A DNA stretch of 64,000 nucleotides from Thermoanaerobaculia bacterium (lineage in GTDB: Bacteria; Acidobacteriota; Thermoanaerobaculia; Gp7-AA8), in the NCBI GenBank assembly GCA_034665065.1, contig JAXDGL010000008.1:319412-383411 (forward strand). The letters are read 5' to 3'. This document shows, one piece after another, positions 38,623 through 47,869 of the stretch. The position numbers and the translations under genes are program-made. The notes below the pieces were generated by a model. That model saw nothing but the letters and a program-made list of their open reading frames with translations. It was not told where the DNA came from and searched no databases. The stretch's first letter is position 1; each line of letters starts with the position of its first letter.

Positions 38623-38883
38623 TCATTCCGTCTCCCTGCTCTCCAGAACGGCGACATAGACCGCTTCGTCAGCTCGCGACAGCTCAAACAGTTCCACGAT
38701 GTAGACGGGACGAGAGAGCATTTCGGAAGCGGTTTCCGCAAGGGCGATCATGAGGCGGCGTGTTGGCTCACACTCACCCCCGCGCAACCGCCGAAACTGC
38801 GAAGGGCTGATCCCGGCGCGCTTCGCGAACACAGAACCCCTGACACCACACGCCCGCATGAAACGCATCGAACCGCGTCGCAC
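38623..38883 (-). CDS. XRE-like HTH regulator (divergent from 39004 gene)
   Basis: VFAKRAGISPSQFRRLRGGECEPTRRLMIALAE resembles an HTH_3 helix-turn-helix. Confidence 0.45.
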   Translation of the reverse strand: MRRGSMRFMRACGVRGSVFAKRAGISPSQFRRLRGGECEPTRRLMIALAETASEMLSRPVYIVELFELSRADEAVYVAVLESRETE

Positions 38884-39003
38884 GGCGTTCCTTTATGCGG
38901 CGCTCCCGGCGCTCTGGCATCGGCCACGTTTTCCTTTGCACACCGATAGCATGTCACACTCATAGCATGACTAGCAACAGGAACATGGACGCACACTCAA
39001 AGC

Positions 39004-39231
39004 ATGGCTGTTCGTCCGGTCGAGAAGTTCGCCGCGCACCTTCGCGAGTTGCGCGAGAAGCGTGGACTCTCGCAGACGAAGCTCGCGGAGCTGGCCGGGC
39101 TCAATCGGAACTACGTCGGCGACGTGGAACGCGGTCGCCGGAATCCATGCTTCGATAACATCATCAAGCTGGCCGAGGGGTTGAACGTCTCGCCATCGGA
39201 ACTCTTCCGGCCATTTGACAAACGGCGGTAG
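39004..39231 (+). CDS. XRE-family HTH transcriptional regulator
   Basis: LRELREKRGLSQTKLAELAGLNRNYVGDVERGRRNPCFDNIIKLAEGLNVSPSELF is the canonical HTH_3. Confidence 0.8.
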   Translation: MAVRPVEKFAAHLRELREKRGLSQTKLAELAGLNRNYVGDVERGRRNPCFDNIIKLAEGLNVSPSELFRPFDKRR

Positions 39232-39249
39232 CGAACCGATACTCCCTTT

Positions 39250-39516
39250 ATGCCAAAGGGGTCAAGCAAGCGCCCGAAGAAGCGCGAGGACGAAGCGCAG
39301 GCCGCCGTCCGCGTCATGAACACGATCGCCGCGAGGTCTGAGGCGGACGCGCTCGATGATGCACCGGTTGAGATCACTGACGCCATGCGCGCCGCTGCCG
39401 CCGCGTTCGGGCGCATGGGCGGAAAGATTGGCGGACCGGCGCGAGCGGCGAGCATGAGCGCGAAGCGGCGCTCCGAGATCGCCAAGAAAGCTGCGCGTGC
39501 GCGTTGGCAAAGGTAG
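39250..39516 (+). CDS. hypothetical small basic protein
   Basis: 88 aa. Lys/Arg-rich ends. 18 nt downstream of the XRE gene. Confidence 0.4.
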   Translation: MPKGSSKRPKKREDEAQAAVRVMNTIAARSEADALDDAPVEITDAMRAAAAAFGRMGGKIGGPARAASMSAKRRSEIAKKAARARWQR

Positions 39517-39656
39517 CCCGCTCGGATCAAGGCAAGCGAGGTTACCGGAGTCGTTAGGGTGAGTGCTAAAGTGTAGGCGAGCAAAGACACGAAAACCGGC
39601 TGGCAGGTCGGTCGTGCGAAGTTACGTGAGGGGCAATCGAGCGTGGAGATCTTGCC

Positions 39657-40247
39657 ATGCCGATGTTTGCTTGTCAAAGCAGTCCAGGATCATCAAGTCA
39701 ACCGATTGCAGCGTACGGGTTCCCAATGCCGCTCGCCGAAAGTGATATCAAAGAGCTGTTGAGCTTTACCTACATGCGGGCCATCGCCGCAAGGGCTGGG
39801 TTCCGCGTCAATCATCCGTACCCTGACCGCCAACATGATGACTTGCAAATCGACTCGTGCGGTCGATTAGAGCCGGACGGCTGGAGTGCAGCGCGCATCG
39901 ATTTTCAGGTCCGAGCAACAACCACGATCCCCCTTGCTGATGGCGGCGAATTCGGATTCCAGGTCGAAAGGTCTCTGTATGATGACCTTCGGGATGATAG
40001 GCGCTGCGCACCTTTGTTGCTGGCTGTCTTCATAATGCCGCCGAACCCCGAGCAATGGCTGAGCGCTACTGCCGCCGAACTGATCACACGCCACTGCGCC
40101 TATTGGGGCAACATTAAGGGCGCGCCGCCTATCGAGGCAGAGTCTCGCGTCCTACACGTCAAACGCGCCAACACACTCACGGCGGCTTCGCTAACCGATT
40201 TGATGAGGATCGCCGGACGGCGGCAGGAGATTGGCGATGCTTTATAA
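39657..40247 (+). CDS. DUF4365-like hypothetical protein
   Basis: 196 aa. Lower-GC codon usage. Loose resemblance to the DUF4365 family (recalled). Confidence 0.5.
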   Translation: MPMFACQSSPGSSSQPIAAYGFPMPLAESDIKELLSFTYMRAIAARAGFRVNHPYPDRQHDDLQIDSCGRLEPDGWSAARIDFQVRATTTIPLADGGEFGFQVERSLYDDLRDDRRCAPLLLAVFIMPPNPEQWLSATAAELITRHCAYWGNIKGAPPIEAESRVLHVKRANTLTAASLTDLMRIAGRRQEIGDAL

Positions 40248-41367
40248 AGGTCTGCCGGTCGACTCCCTGAAGCATGTCAATTACATTGCCGTGCGCAATT
40301 ACATCAAGAGCCGTGGCTGGACCAGGATCGGTAACGGCACAGGCACGGCATTGTTTCGCTCTCCGAGCGATCCAGATGCTGAAGTACTCTTGCCTCTGTC
40401 GAAGATGTTCTCTGACTATTCGATGCGCATAGGAGATCTGATCCTAGCGGTGTCGGAAATCGAACAGATTCCCCCGGTACGGTTGATGGCTGATCTACTG
40501 TTGCCGCCCAGCGATATATTGCGTTTCAGTGTTCAAGCGACGGACACGTCTAGCGGTACCGTGCAATTCGACAGCGGCATGGATTTGTACGCCGGTATTC
40601 GCACAGCAATGCTAAGTTCTGCGAGAGCCGCCGAACATCCCGAGAAATATTTCGAGCGCCTAAAGGATTCGGACGACTTTGTGTCGCAGTGCCGACTTGG
40701 ACAGACGGAGTTCGGCAGTTTTACCGCCACGTTTGTGTGTCCTGTTGAGGCGCTGCCTGAAATCGACGTGCAGCCTGATCTCTTCGCTGATTTAGCACAC
40801 GCGCCGACTGCTAGAGAACCATTCGCGCGCAAAGTCACGCGGACACTCATGCAGGCTGTCGCTATCGTCGCTAACGCCATTGCAAATGATACCGTGGCTG
40901 ATTTGATTGCCTCGACAGGGCCGGTTAGCGCGAATCTATGTGAAGCGTTGTTAAGGATGGAGCCGGTACAGGACGGTCAATTGACAGTCGCCTCAAGCTG
41001 GGCGCGTGTATTGATTCCACCGGCCGATACCGCTGCTTATGTTGTAATACCAAAAGAATACTTCGGTCCCATTGCGGAGATCGCGACTGCGCTTCGTCCT
41101 TCAAAGGAACCAAAGGATGCACCTTTCGTAGGCAAGGTCATTACGTTGGCCGGACAGGAGCACGATGGCGAGCTGTCCGGTCCAGTGACACTTTACATCT
41201 TGACGGATGACGAGCCGGTCCGCGCTCGGGTGAGTCTGAGCCACGATGACTATATGAAAGCTTACGACGCGCACGGTAGAATGACGGCGGTTTCTATTAC
41301 CGGGAAATTGAAGCGCGCCTCACGATCGGCTGAGATCATCGATTACACCGATTTCAAACTTGTTTAG
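40231..41367 (+). CDS. hypothetical protein (partner of 39657 gene)
   Basis: 378 aa. Overlaps the upstream gene by 17 nt. No recognisable motifs. Confidence 0.55.
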   Translation: MAMLYKGLPVDSLKHVNYIAVRNYIKSRGWTRIGNGTGTALFRSPSDPDAEVLLPLSKMFSDYSMRIGDLILAVSEIEQIPPVRLMADLLLPPSDILRFSVQATDTSSGTVQFDSGMDLYAGIRTAMLSSARAAEHPEKYFERLKDSDDFVSQCRLGQTEFGSFTATFVCPVEALPEIDVQPDLFADLAHAPTAREPFARKVTRTLMQAVAIVANAIANDTVADLIASTGPVSANLCEALLRMEPVQDGQLTVASSWARVLIPPADTAAYVVIPKEYFGPIAEIATALRPSKEPKDAPFVGKVITLAGQEHDGELSGPVTLYILTDDEPVRARVSLSHDDYMKAYDAHGRMTAVSITGKLKRASRSAEIIDYTDFKLV

Positions 41368-41586
41368 TAGCTCGCTATCCACGTCCTGTCCCTCCCATAT
41401 CGATTCCGCTTTCGGTGTGCGTTGGTCCCTGTTGGTCCAAGGCCGGTCCAGCCACCTGCGAGAGCGTGGCGTGACGCACCGACAGCAGCCGCCGTGTGTT
41501 ACGATCCTGTCGGGCGGTAGTGGCGACTGATCATCGTTCCGACGCCGGACAGCTCGCGCCCGGTCCGCCCGAAGTGCGTTCCTAGC

Positions 41587-42435
41587 GTGGGCAGGAGCGC
41601 GAGCGTGAGCGTGAAACGACGGCGGAAGAGTGCGCGCGCAGACGAGTCTCTCGCCGATTTACAAAGCACCGATCCCTTCGCAGATATCGACTTTATCTCC
41701 TCGCAGCTATGCAATGAGCGATCAGGATGGAGCGACCCGCCCGCCGAAGACATCGTTACTCTGCAAGTGTCAAGGACGGTCCAAGCCTCCTTCAGCACTC
41801 GCGCGTTAGTTGCCGGCTTAATGGTCGGATTTGACGACATTCTTAGCACTTCGCCACGCGGTTCCGAGTTCGAAGCATCACTCCGCGAGTTAATGAGTCG
41901 CCGCCCCGACCTCTCGGAGAGCGAAGCGCGCACAGCCCGCCTAAAGCTGCACGCAGCCGCTGTCCAAATTTTCACCTCCGAGGCGGCCAGAGCATTTGAG
42001 CAGTTGATTCCACAGTTGCTGAGCCTCGCTGTCACCGTTGCCGTCGCCGCAGCAGAGCCGATTGCGGCTGAAGCCGCGCAGGGGTATCAGCCTCGGGACA
42101 TTAAGACCGGCGAGAGAATACGTTTCACGTTTCCCAAAGAGAGAAAGATCGAGTGGCGCGAGGGAATCTTGCGAGACACAGAGAGTGAAATCCGGAAGAT
42201 CCTCGGGAAGCTTAAAAGCTCTCCAGGGGCAAAAGGTACCGCAACGCGCGACCTTCACGCCTTTCAGCGGCGCGAGGAAGTATTTGCTCGTGAGAAAGCG
42301 AGCGGCAAGAGCGACCGACTCGCGTGGACGGCGGCGAAGGCTACCGTGCAGAACGAATTCCCCAAGCTACGCAAAGAAGCTACCTATGAAACTGCTATGA
42401 GGCGCGGTAGGCGGATCGCTCCCCCGAAGAAATAG
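41587..42435 (+). CDS. hypothetical protein
   Basis: 282 aa. Competes with the antisense ORF 41499..42035. The plus-strand ORF is favoured by length and codon bias. Confidence 0.4.
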   Translation: MGRSASVSVKRRRKSARADESLADLQSTDPFADIDFISSQLCNERSGWSDPPAEDIVTLQVSRTVQASFSTRALVAGLMVGFDDILSTSPRGSEFEASLRELMSRRPDLSESEARTARLKLHAAAVQIFTSEAARAFEQLIPQLLSLAVTVAVAAAEPIAAEAAQGYQPRDIKTGERIRFTFPKERKIEWREGILRDTESEIRKILGKLKSSPGAKGTATRDLHAFQRREEVFAREKASGKSDRLAWTAAKATVQNEFPKLRKEATYETAMRRGRRIAPPKK

Positions 42436-42718
42436 AGGAGAGTAATTCATCGCCCCATCTAATCCCGCCCGCACAATTCTTGCCCCCATCGAAAGCAAAG
42501 AATCTTCTATCCGATATTGCTCGCGCAGAAATGGCGTGCTTCACTCAGCTCCACAAGCCGAAGCCTGTTTGCGGCGGGGGGAAAGGAGTTGATGTGCATG
42601 AGAAGACTGCAAGCCGTCCGCGTTCTGGTCACCGACGCGGAGAGCGGCCAGAAACACGAACGCCGTCTCGGGTAGTTGCTTGACCGGCAACCGAGACGGC
42701 GGGTGGTGATCCTGCGAT

Positions 42719-42795
42719 GCTCCCGTAGCTCAATCTGGACAGAGCGGCGGTCTACTAAACCGACGGTGTGGGTCCGAGTCCCACCGGGAGCGCCA
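42719..42795 (+). tRNA. tRNA-like gene with atypical anticodon (parses as ACU)
   Basis: Cloverleaf: acceptor GCTCCCG/CGGGAGC, D-arm GCTC-AATCTGGACA-GAGC, anticodon arm GCGGT-CTACTAA-ACCGA (G27·A43 mismatch), T-arm GTGGG-TCCGAGT-CCCAC, discriminator G, CCA. The short variable loop is inconsistent with Ser. Confidence 0.55.
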
Positions 42796-42906
42796 ATTCT
42801 ATTCGCACGCGGGCTGCCGGTCCAGCGGTAGCTCGATATTGTTACATCTTCAATCTTCACCCCTCAAGCATTGACGTTCTGACCCCTCAAGCATATATTT
42901 TCTTAC

Positions 42907-43791
42907 ATGAACAAACTCTCCAGTGACGCCCGCGCCCGCATCATCATGGCTCTGATCGAAGGCAACTCGATCGCGTCTACGTGCCGGATGACGGGCGCGG
43001 CAAAGATGACGGTGCTGAGTCTCATCCGCGAAGTCGGCACCGCATGCGCCGCGTTCCATGACGCGGTTGTGCGCGACCTCGCAACGGAGCGCGTGCAGGC
43101 CGACGAAGTATGGTCGTTCTGCGGCATGAAGCAGAAGAACGTCCCTGCCGACTTGCAAGAGACGGTCGGCATCGGCTCGATCTGGACGTGGACGGCGCTT
43201 GATGCGGACACGAAGCTGATGATTTCTTGGCTGGCGAGTAACCGTAGTGCGGAAGCTGCGAACGCGCTCCTCGCTGACCTCAAGTCCCGCACGTCGGCAT
43301 CGAACGAAATCCAAATCTTCTCGGATGGACTGGCGTAGTACATCGATGCGGTCCGGCAGAGCTTCGCACCCGGTGAAGCGAACCTTGGTCAAGTCGTGAA
43401 AACCTACGAAACCAGTAGTCCGCAGCCGGGCATGAATCCGAACAGTGCGGCGAGTAGGTATTCACCGGGACGCCTGCTCTCGATCGAGAAAACTGCACCT
43501 CTCGGCACGCCGGACATGAAGCACGTTTCGACCTCGTTCATGGAGCGGTTCAACCTCACGCTCCGCATGCAGAACCGGCGCTTCACGCGCCTGACGAATG
43601 GCTTCTCAAAGAAGTTCGAGAACCATTGCCACATGCTTGCAATGACGATGGTTTACTACAACTTCTGCCGGAAGCATCAGTCACTGAAGGGCCGGACGCC
43701 CGCGATGGCGGCGGGACTTACCGAGTATCGTTGGACGGCGGCGGATCTGCTGTCGCTGGAGATGTGGAGCGCGGCGGAAGCGGCAGCCTAG
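42907..43791 (+). mobile_element. IS1-family DDE transposase interrupted by a single in-frame TAG
   Basis: Recalled similarity to E. coli IS1 InsA HTH (ARIIMALIEGNSIASTCRMTG) and InsB (DEVWSFCGMKQKN; …IFSDGLA*YIDAV…; ERFNLTLRMQNRRFTRLTNGFSKKFENHCHMLAMTMVYYNF). ORFs 42907-43338 and 43396-43791 share a frame; the TAG at 43336-43338 is the only interruption. Confidence 0.75.
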
Positions 43792-44037
43792 CGCAGCCGC
43801 TTGCGCAGCTCACGCCGTATCTGATCCGCTATTTCGTCATCAGACTTCCCATGGTCTACGACGAACTCCACCAACGGATCACGGAGGATATGCACGTGCC
43901 ATTCGTTATTCGTTTGGCTGCCAACGATGCTCCATAGCGCGGTTACGCCGAATTCACCCTCGACAATAGGTTTCGCGATGGCCGTCAATTTGGATTGCAT
44001 GATTGTGGAGGGGTCGCTGGCCCCCGTTCCCTACCCC

Positions 44038-44176
44038 ATGTTACAACTTCCACTTCAAACTAGACCACTACCCAGATGTGTGCAAATGGACGGTTTCATC
44101 TGCGCCGATGTTGGTCCGCGACACAGGTGTATGCAGAGGAAGGGCTTATCTGCGAACATCTGCGTCATCTGCGGAT
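44038..44176. repeat. right terminal inverted repeat of the island
   Basis: CATGTTACAActtccactTCAAACTAGACCACTACCCAG…ATCTGCGAACATCTGCGTCATCTGCGG is the reverse complement of 38241-38334, with a ~50-nt indel. Confidence 0.7.
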
Positions 44177-44865
44177 CAAACTGGTTCGGCGATGAACCGG
44201 TAGCCAACCCATGGCTCGGTCACGATGTATTGCGGCTCGGAGGGATTGGGCTCGATTTTCTTACGCAGTGAGCTCATGTGAACGCGCACGGTGTCGGCGC
44301 TCGTGCTTGGAGCGGAGCGCCAGACGCGGGCGATGATCTGCTCGATGAACATCGGCTTCCCCGCGTTTGTGGCGAGCAGCTCCAGCAGTGAGAATTCGGT
44401 CGGGGTGAGGCGCACTTCGCGGTCGTCCTGCACAACTCGGCGGCGTTCGAGGTCGATGGTCAGGTCCGGAAACGCGAGAGTGGTCGCGGTGGGCGTCGTG
44501 GTCCGGCGGAGATGGGCGCGGACGCGGGCCAGGAGCTCGGCCATGGAGAAGGGCTTGGTCACGAAGTCGTCGGCGCCGAGGTCGAGGGCTCGGACTTTGT
44601 CGGCATCGGCGCCGCGGACGGAGAGCACGATGATGGGTATTCGCGATGTTGCGCGAATGCCGGCGATCAAATCGAATCCGTCCGAGCGCGGCATGGCAAG
44701 ATCGGTCAGTACGAGATCGGGCGCCTGCGATTGAAACGCGCCTATCGCTTCGCTTCCGTCGGCCGCGGTCGATGTCGTGTAGCCGGCTGCGCGGAGTTCT
44801 TTCGACAGCGATTCGCGAATGGCGGGATCGTCGTCGGCGATGAGAATCACGTTCGAGATGGTCAT
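44176..44865 (-). CDS. OmpR/KdpE-family response regulator
   Basis: Receiver domain (ILIADDDPAIRESL…DLVLTDLAMP) and winged-helix output (RLTPTEFSLLELLATNAGKPMFIEQII…VWG). Confidence 0.9.
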   Translation of the reverse strand: MTISNVILIADDDPAIRESLSKELRAAGYTTSTAADGSEAIGAFQSQAPDLVLTDLAMPRSDGFDLIAGIRATSRIPIIVLSVRGADADKVRALDLGADDFVTKPFSMAELLARVRAHLRRTTTPTATTLAFPDLTIDLERRRVVQDDREVRLTPTEFSLLELLATNAGKPMFIEQIIARVWRSAPSTSADTVRVHMSSLRKKIEPNPSEPQYIVTEPWVGYRFIAEPV

Positions 44866-46352
44866 GAAGATTCCTCGCCTGTGAGTAATGCTGCGGGAAG
44901 ATCGATGCGCGCGATGGTACCGCCGCCCGGCCGCGGTGCCAGTCCAATGCTGCCGCCGTTTGCCGCGGCAAGGCTGCGCGCGATCTCCAGCCCCAGTCCG
45001 CGCTGGGCAACGTCGGCGGTCTCCGTTGCCACGTTGCCATCAGCGTCGACGACGCCTGGCGGGAGCCCAGGTCCGCGATCGAGAATCTCGATGCGCACTT
45101 TCTCGTGATCGAGTGGATGATTGCGCGCCACGAGCTCGATCGGTGCCGCGGCAGGAGAAACGCGGTGGGCGTTTTCGAGGAGGTTGACCAGAATCTCCAG
45201 CGCCAGTGAGGGATCGACGTTGGCGTCGGCGCAGTCAGGCTCGACGTGCAGCGTGATCGGGCGTGCGCTGAAGACGATCGGCAGGTTTTCGCGCACGGCG
45301 CGAAAGAGATCGGCGGGAGGTGTCGGCTCGCGCCGCGGTTTTGCTTTTCCAGCTTCGAGCCTCGCCATCGCCAGCAGGTTGTCGATGCGCCGCCGCAGGC
45401 GCGCGGTCTCTTCCGCAATTGCCGCGGCATCTTCGAGGAGCTCCGGATCGGCACCGGCACGGCGGCGAATCGACTCGGTGCGGATCGTCACGGCAGTGAT
45501 CGGCGTGGTGAGATCATGCGAAATGGCTCGAAGAAGTGATGTCTTGAGCGCTTCGCTTTCGCGCAAGGCCTGGACGTGCGCGTTCTCTTCGATGAACCGT
45601 TCACGCTCGACTGCCAGGGCCACAAGGCGCGATGCGGATTCCAGTGCCTGCTTCGATGCTTCGGTTCCGCGGGCGACCAGCGCTCCGGTGGTCTTGCCGC
45701 CGACGATGAGCGGGAGATAGACATCGCGGCCCAGAGGCGACGGAAACTCCAAAGGCTCCTTGTGCCGGCCCACGCCGGCGATCAGGTCTTCGATCTCCTC
45801 CGGCTTGTCGCCGATCCAGGAGATGACGTTCTGCCGGAAGGGGCTGCCATCGAAGAGGACGAGTCCTCCGCCGCGCGCGCCGAGGAGTTGCAGGGCACGG
45901 CCGGCGGCTTCGCCGAGCGCGCCGACGCGGTTGGAAGCAGTGAAAAGGTCGATGCTCAATCCGTAGAGCGTCTCCAGCTCCATGCGCCGCTGCTCCGCCT
46001 TCTCCGCCTGGACACGCGCCGCGACGACAAGGCGGTTCACGGTGACGGATGCGATGAGAAATGACGCAAGCGCGAACCAGTTGGCCGGGTTCTCGATCGT
46101 GAATGTGTAAAGCGGCGGAAAAAAGAAAAAGTTGTAGCAGAGGGTGGCGATGACCGAAGAAACCGTTCCGGCCAGCAGTCCGCCCCACACGGAGATCAAC
46201 AGGACGACGATGAGGTAGGCGAAGCCGATCGTGCTTGGGTTCAGCCCGAGGGCGCTGCCAGCGGCGGTGACGAGAGCGAGCGATCCCAGCGCTCCGGTCC
46301 AGATGCTCACCTGTCTGGTTTGGCGGATCATGCGGGAAACAGTGAAACACAA
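44862..46352 (-). CDS. sensor histidine kinase, KdpD C-terminal-like (DUF4118-GAF-HisKA-HATPase)
   Basis: 4 TM helices, GAF-like segment, H-box LRAISHDLTTPITAV, HATPase G-boxes (ILDRGPGLPPG; GLGLEIARSLAAANGGSI). Lacks the KdpD N-terminal sensor domain. Confidence 0.85.
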   Translation of the reverse strand: MCFTVSRMIRQTRQVSIWTGALGSLALVTAAGSALGLNPSTIGFAYLIVVLLISVWGGLLAGTVSSVIATLCYNFFFFPPLYTFTIENPANWFALASFLIASVTVNRLVVAARVQAEKAEQRRMELETLYGLSIDLFTASNRVGALGEAAGRALQLLGARGGGLVLFDGSPFRQNVISWIGDKPEEIEDLIAGVGRHKEPLEFPSPLGRDVYLPLIVGGKTTGALVARGTEASKQALESASRLVALAVERERFIEENAHVQALRESEALKTSLLRAISHDLTTPITAVTIRTESIRRRAGADPELLEDAAAIAEETARLRRRIDNLLAMARLEAGKAKPRREPTPPADLFRAVRENLPIVFSARPITLHVEPDCADANVDPSLALEILVNLLENAHRVSPAAAPIELVARNHPLDHEKVRIEILDRGPGLPPGVVDADGNVATETADVAQRGLGLEIARSLAAANGGSIGLAPRPGGGTIARIDLPAALLTGEESS

Positions 46353-46360
46353 GGACTAGC

Positions 46361-46445
46361 GATGGGCGATGAACGATGAACGACGAGGGTGAAGGATGAA
46401 CGACGAGGCTACATGATCGTTAGTATGCGTTCATCCTCACCCCGC
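46361..46445. repeat. palindrome of GATGAACGA units
   Basis: GATGGGCGATGAACGATGAACGACGAGGGTGAAGGATGAACGACG…CGTTCATCCTCACCC in the divergent intergenic region. Confidence 0.55.
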
Positions 46446-46500
46446 CTCGGTTCCTGGAGTCCTGGACTAATGTCGATACCTTTGTCTATACTATTTGTTC

Positions 46501-46740
46501 ATGAAGGAGAGGGCAAAGATTTTCCAAAACGGAGGAAGCCAGGCAATCAGGCTTCCGAAGTCCTGCCGCTTTGATGACGGCCAGCATGAGGTGCTCGCCA
46601 AGCGTGTTGGCCGCCGTGTCATCCTGGAAGTGGCCGATGAGTGGACCGACGACTTTATCGCGGCGCTCGGCGCATGGAAAGAGTCGATCGAGAGGCCCCG
46701 TTCTCGGAGCATTTCAAAACTGAGAGATCCATTTGAATGA
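46501..46740 (+). CDS. vapB: VapB antitoxin (AbrB/SpoVT fold)
   Basis: MKERAKIFQNGGSQAIRLPKSCRF… is the AbrB-type swapped-hairpin N-terminus. 4-bp overlap with vapC. Confidence 0.8.
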   Translation: MKERAKIFQNGGSQAIRLPKSCRFDDGQHEVLAKRVGRRVILEVADEWTDDFIAALGAWKESIERPRSRSISKLRDPFE

Positions 46741-47135
46741 GCCTGGCGTTCATGCTCGACACCGATACCGTGAGTTTCGCCTTGCGCGGACAAGGGCGGG
46801 TCGGCACCGCTATCCTCAAGCACCGTCCTTCTGATCTCTGCGTGAGTGTTATCACTGTGGCCGAGTTGCGTTACGGCGCGACGCGGCGCAAGTCGGCAAA
46901 GCTGCATGAGCTGATCGGCACATTTACGCGCAACGTGGAAGTCGTGCCATTTGATGACCCCAGTGCTCTGGAATTCGGACGCATCGCCAGCCATCTTGCA
47001 GATGCCGGTTCACCAATCGGCGAGCTCGATACCCTGATTGCTGCACATGCGATGAGCCTTGATCTGACACTCGTTACGAACAATGGGAAGCATTTCGGGC
47101 GCGTGCCGGGACTGAGGCTTGACAACTGGTTGTAG
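46737..47135 (+). CDS. vapC: VapC PIN-domain toxin
   Basis: MLDTDTVSF…ITVAELRYG…LDTLIAAHAMSLDLTLVTNN conserved PIN acidic residues. Confidence 0.85.
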   Translation: MSLAFMLDTDTVSFALRGQGRVGTAILKHRPSDLCVSVITVAELRYGATRRKSAKLHELIGTFTRNVEVVPFDDPSALEFGRIASHLADAGSPIGELDTLIAAHAMSLDLTLVTNNGKHFGRVPGLRLDNWL

Positions 47136-47320
47136 CCGGCGCCTACCATCGCTGCCGACCGAGGCGCGAGACCAATCGTTGCCGTTTCATCACGCCGGTT
47201 CCGTGCAGCTGCGAATCGAGCCCGGACATTTTTTCGATGAATCTGGCACCATTGCATCCAATCGTTCATCGTCGATCGTAAGTCTGCCGGTACGCAAAAC
47301 AACTTGAAGAGGAGATTTCT

Positions 47321-47683
47321 ATGAATAGCCGTGATCTTGCCCGTTATCTCGTACTCGGTGGTGTCGTCGCCGGCCTGACCGCCGGAACCAATCTGCGTGC
47401 CGGCCAGACGAAGTCGTCCGCGCTTTCGCTCAACCAGTCGTCGCAGGCCGTGAAGATGGCCGACACTGCGAAGGCTGCTGACAAGCACGCCTGTAAAGGC
47501 CTCAACGGCTGTAAGGGCCAGGGCGCCGACGGCAAGAATGAATGCAAAGGCCAGGGTTCCTGCGCGTCGAAGGAGTACAAGCACGACTGCGCCGGCCAGA
47601 ACGCCTGCAAGGGCCAGGGCGCTGGCGGCAAGAACGAGTGCAAAGGCAAGGGCGGCTGCGCCGTTCCGCCGAAGGCGTCGTAG
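47321..47683 (+). CDS. Cys/Gly/Lys-rich secreted RiPP-precursor-like protein (bufferin-like, 8 Cys)
   Basis: Signal peptide, then two half-repeats CKGLNGCKGQGADGKNECKGQGSCA / CAGQNACKGQGAGGKNECKGKGGCA (8 Cys). Immediately upstream of a DUF692/MNIO gene. A rho-independent hairpin follows (CCGGGGACGGGCgaatGCCCGTCC). Confidence 0.65.
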   Translation: MNSRDLARYLVLGGVVAGLTAGTNLRAGQTKSSALSLNQSSQAVKMADTAKAADKHACKGLNGCKGQGADGKNECKGQGSCASKEYKHDCAGQNACKGQGAGGKNECKGKGGCAVPPKAS

Positions 47684-47721
47684 TAGTTCCGCTCCCGGGG
47701 ACGGGCGAATGCCCGTCCTTT

Positions 47722-47862
47722 GGGGTGGGGAGTGGGGGTGAAGTTAGAAGGGTGAAGAGTGAAGAGTGAAGAGTGAAGGGTGAAGAGTGAAAGTAAGACA
47801 ACTAATCCCTCTTCACACTTCACACTTCACTCTTCACACTTCACCCCTACTCCTCACCCCCA
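47722..47862. repeat. heptamer-array palindrome (GGGGAGT / GTGAAGA arrays)
   Basis: GGGGTGGGGAGTGGGGGTGAAG…GTGAAGA x5 … inverted TCTTCAC x4 …CCCCTACTCCTCACCCCCAC. Lies between the precursor gene and the MNIO gene. Confidence 0.75.
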
Positions 47863-47869
47863 CAAAACC

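Noticed and set aside
42719-42795. Interpreting the island tRNA as an amber suppressor matching the TAG in the adjacent transposase
   Set aside because: No register of the anticodon loop gives CUA with U33/R37. My parse gives ACU, so the suppressor idea is unsupported by the sequence.
44261-46350. Minus-strand ORFs 44261..45460 and 45601..46350 (plus 44512..45108, 45121..45720 on the plus strand)
   Set aside because: Alternative frames overlapping the response regulator and histidine kinase genes, which have canonical domain motifs.
47780-47869. N-terminal extension MKSESKTTNPSSHFTLHSSHFTPTPHPHKT of the MNIO ORF
   Set aside because: Translation of the GTGAAGA repeat palindrome. The MNIO conserved N-terminus begins at MNRFQLPDLG (47870).
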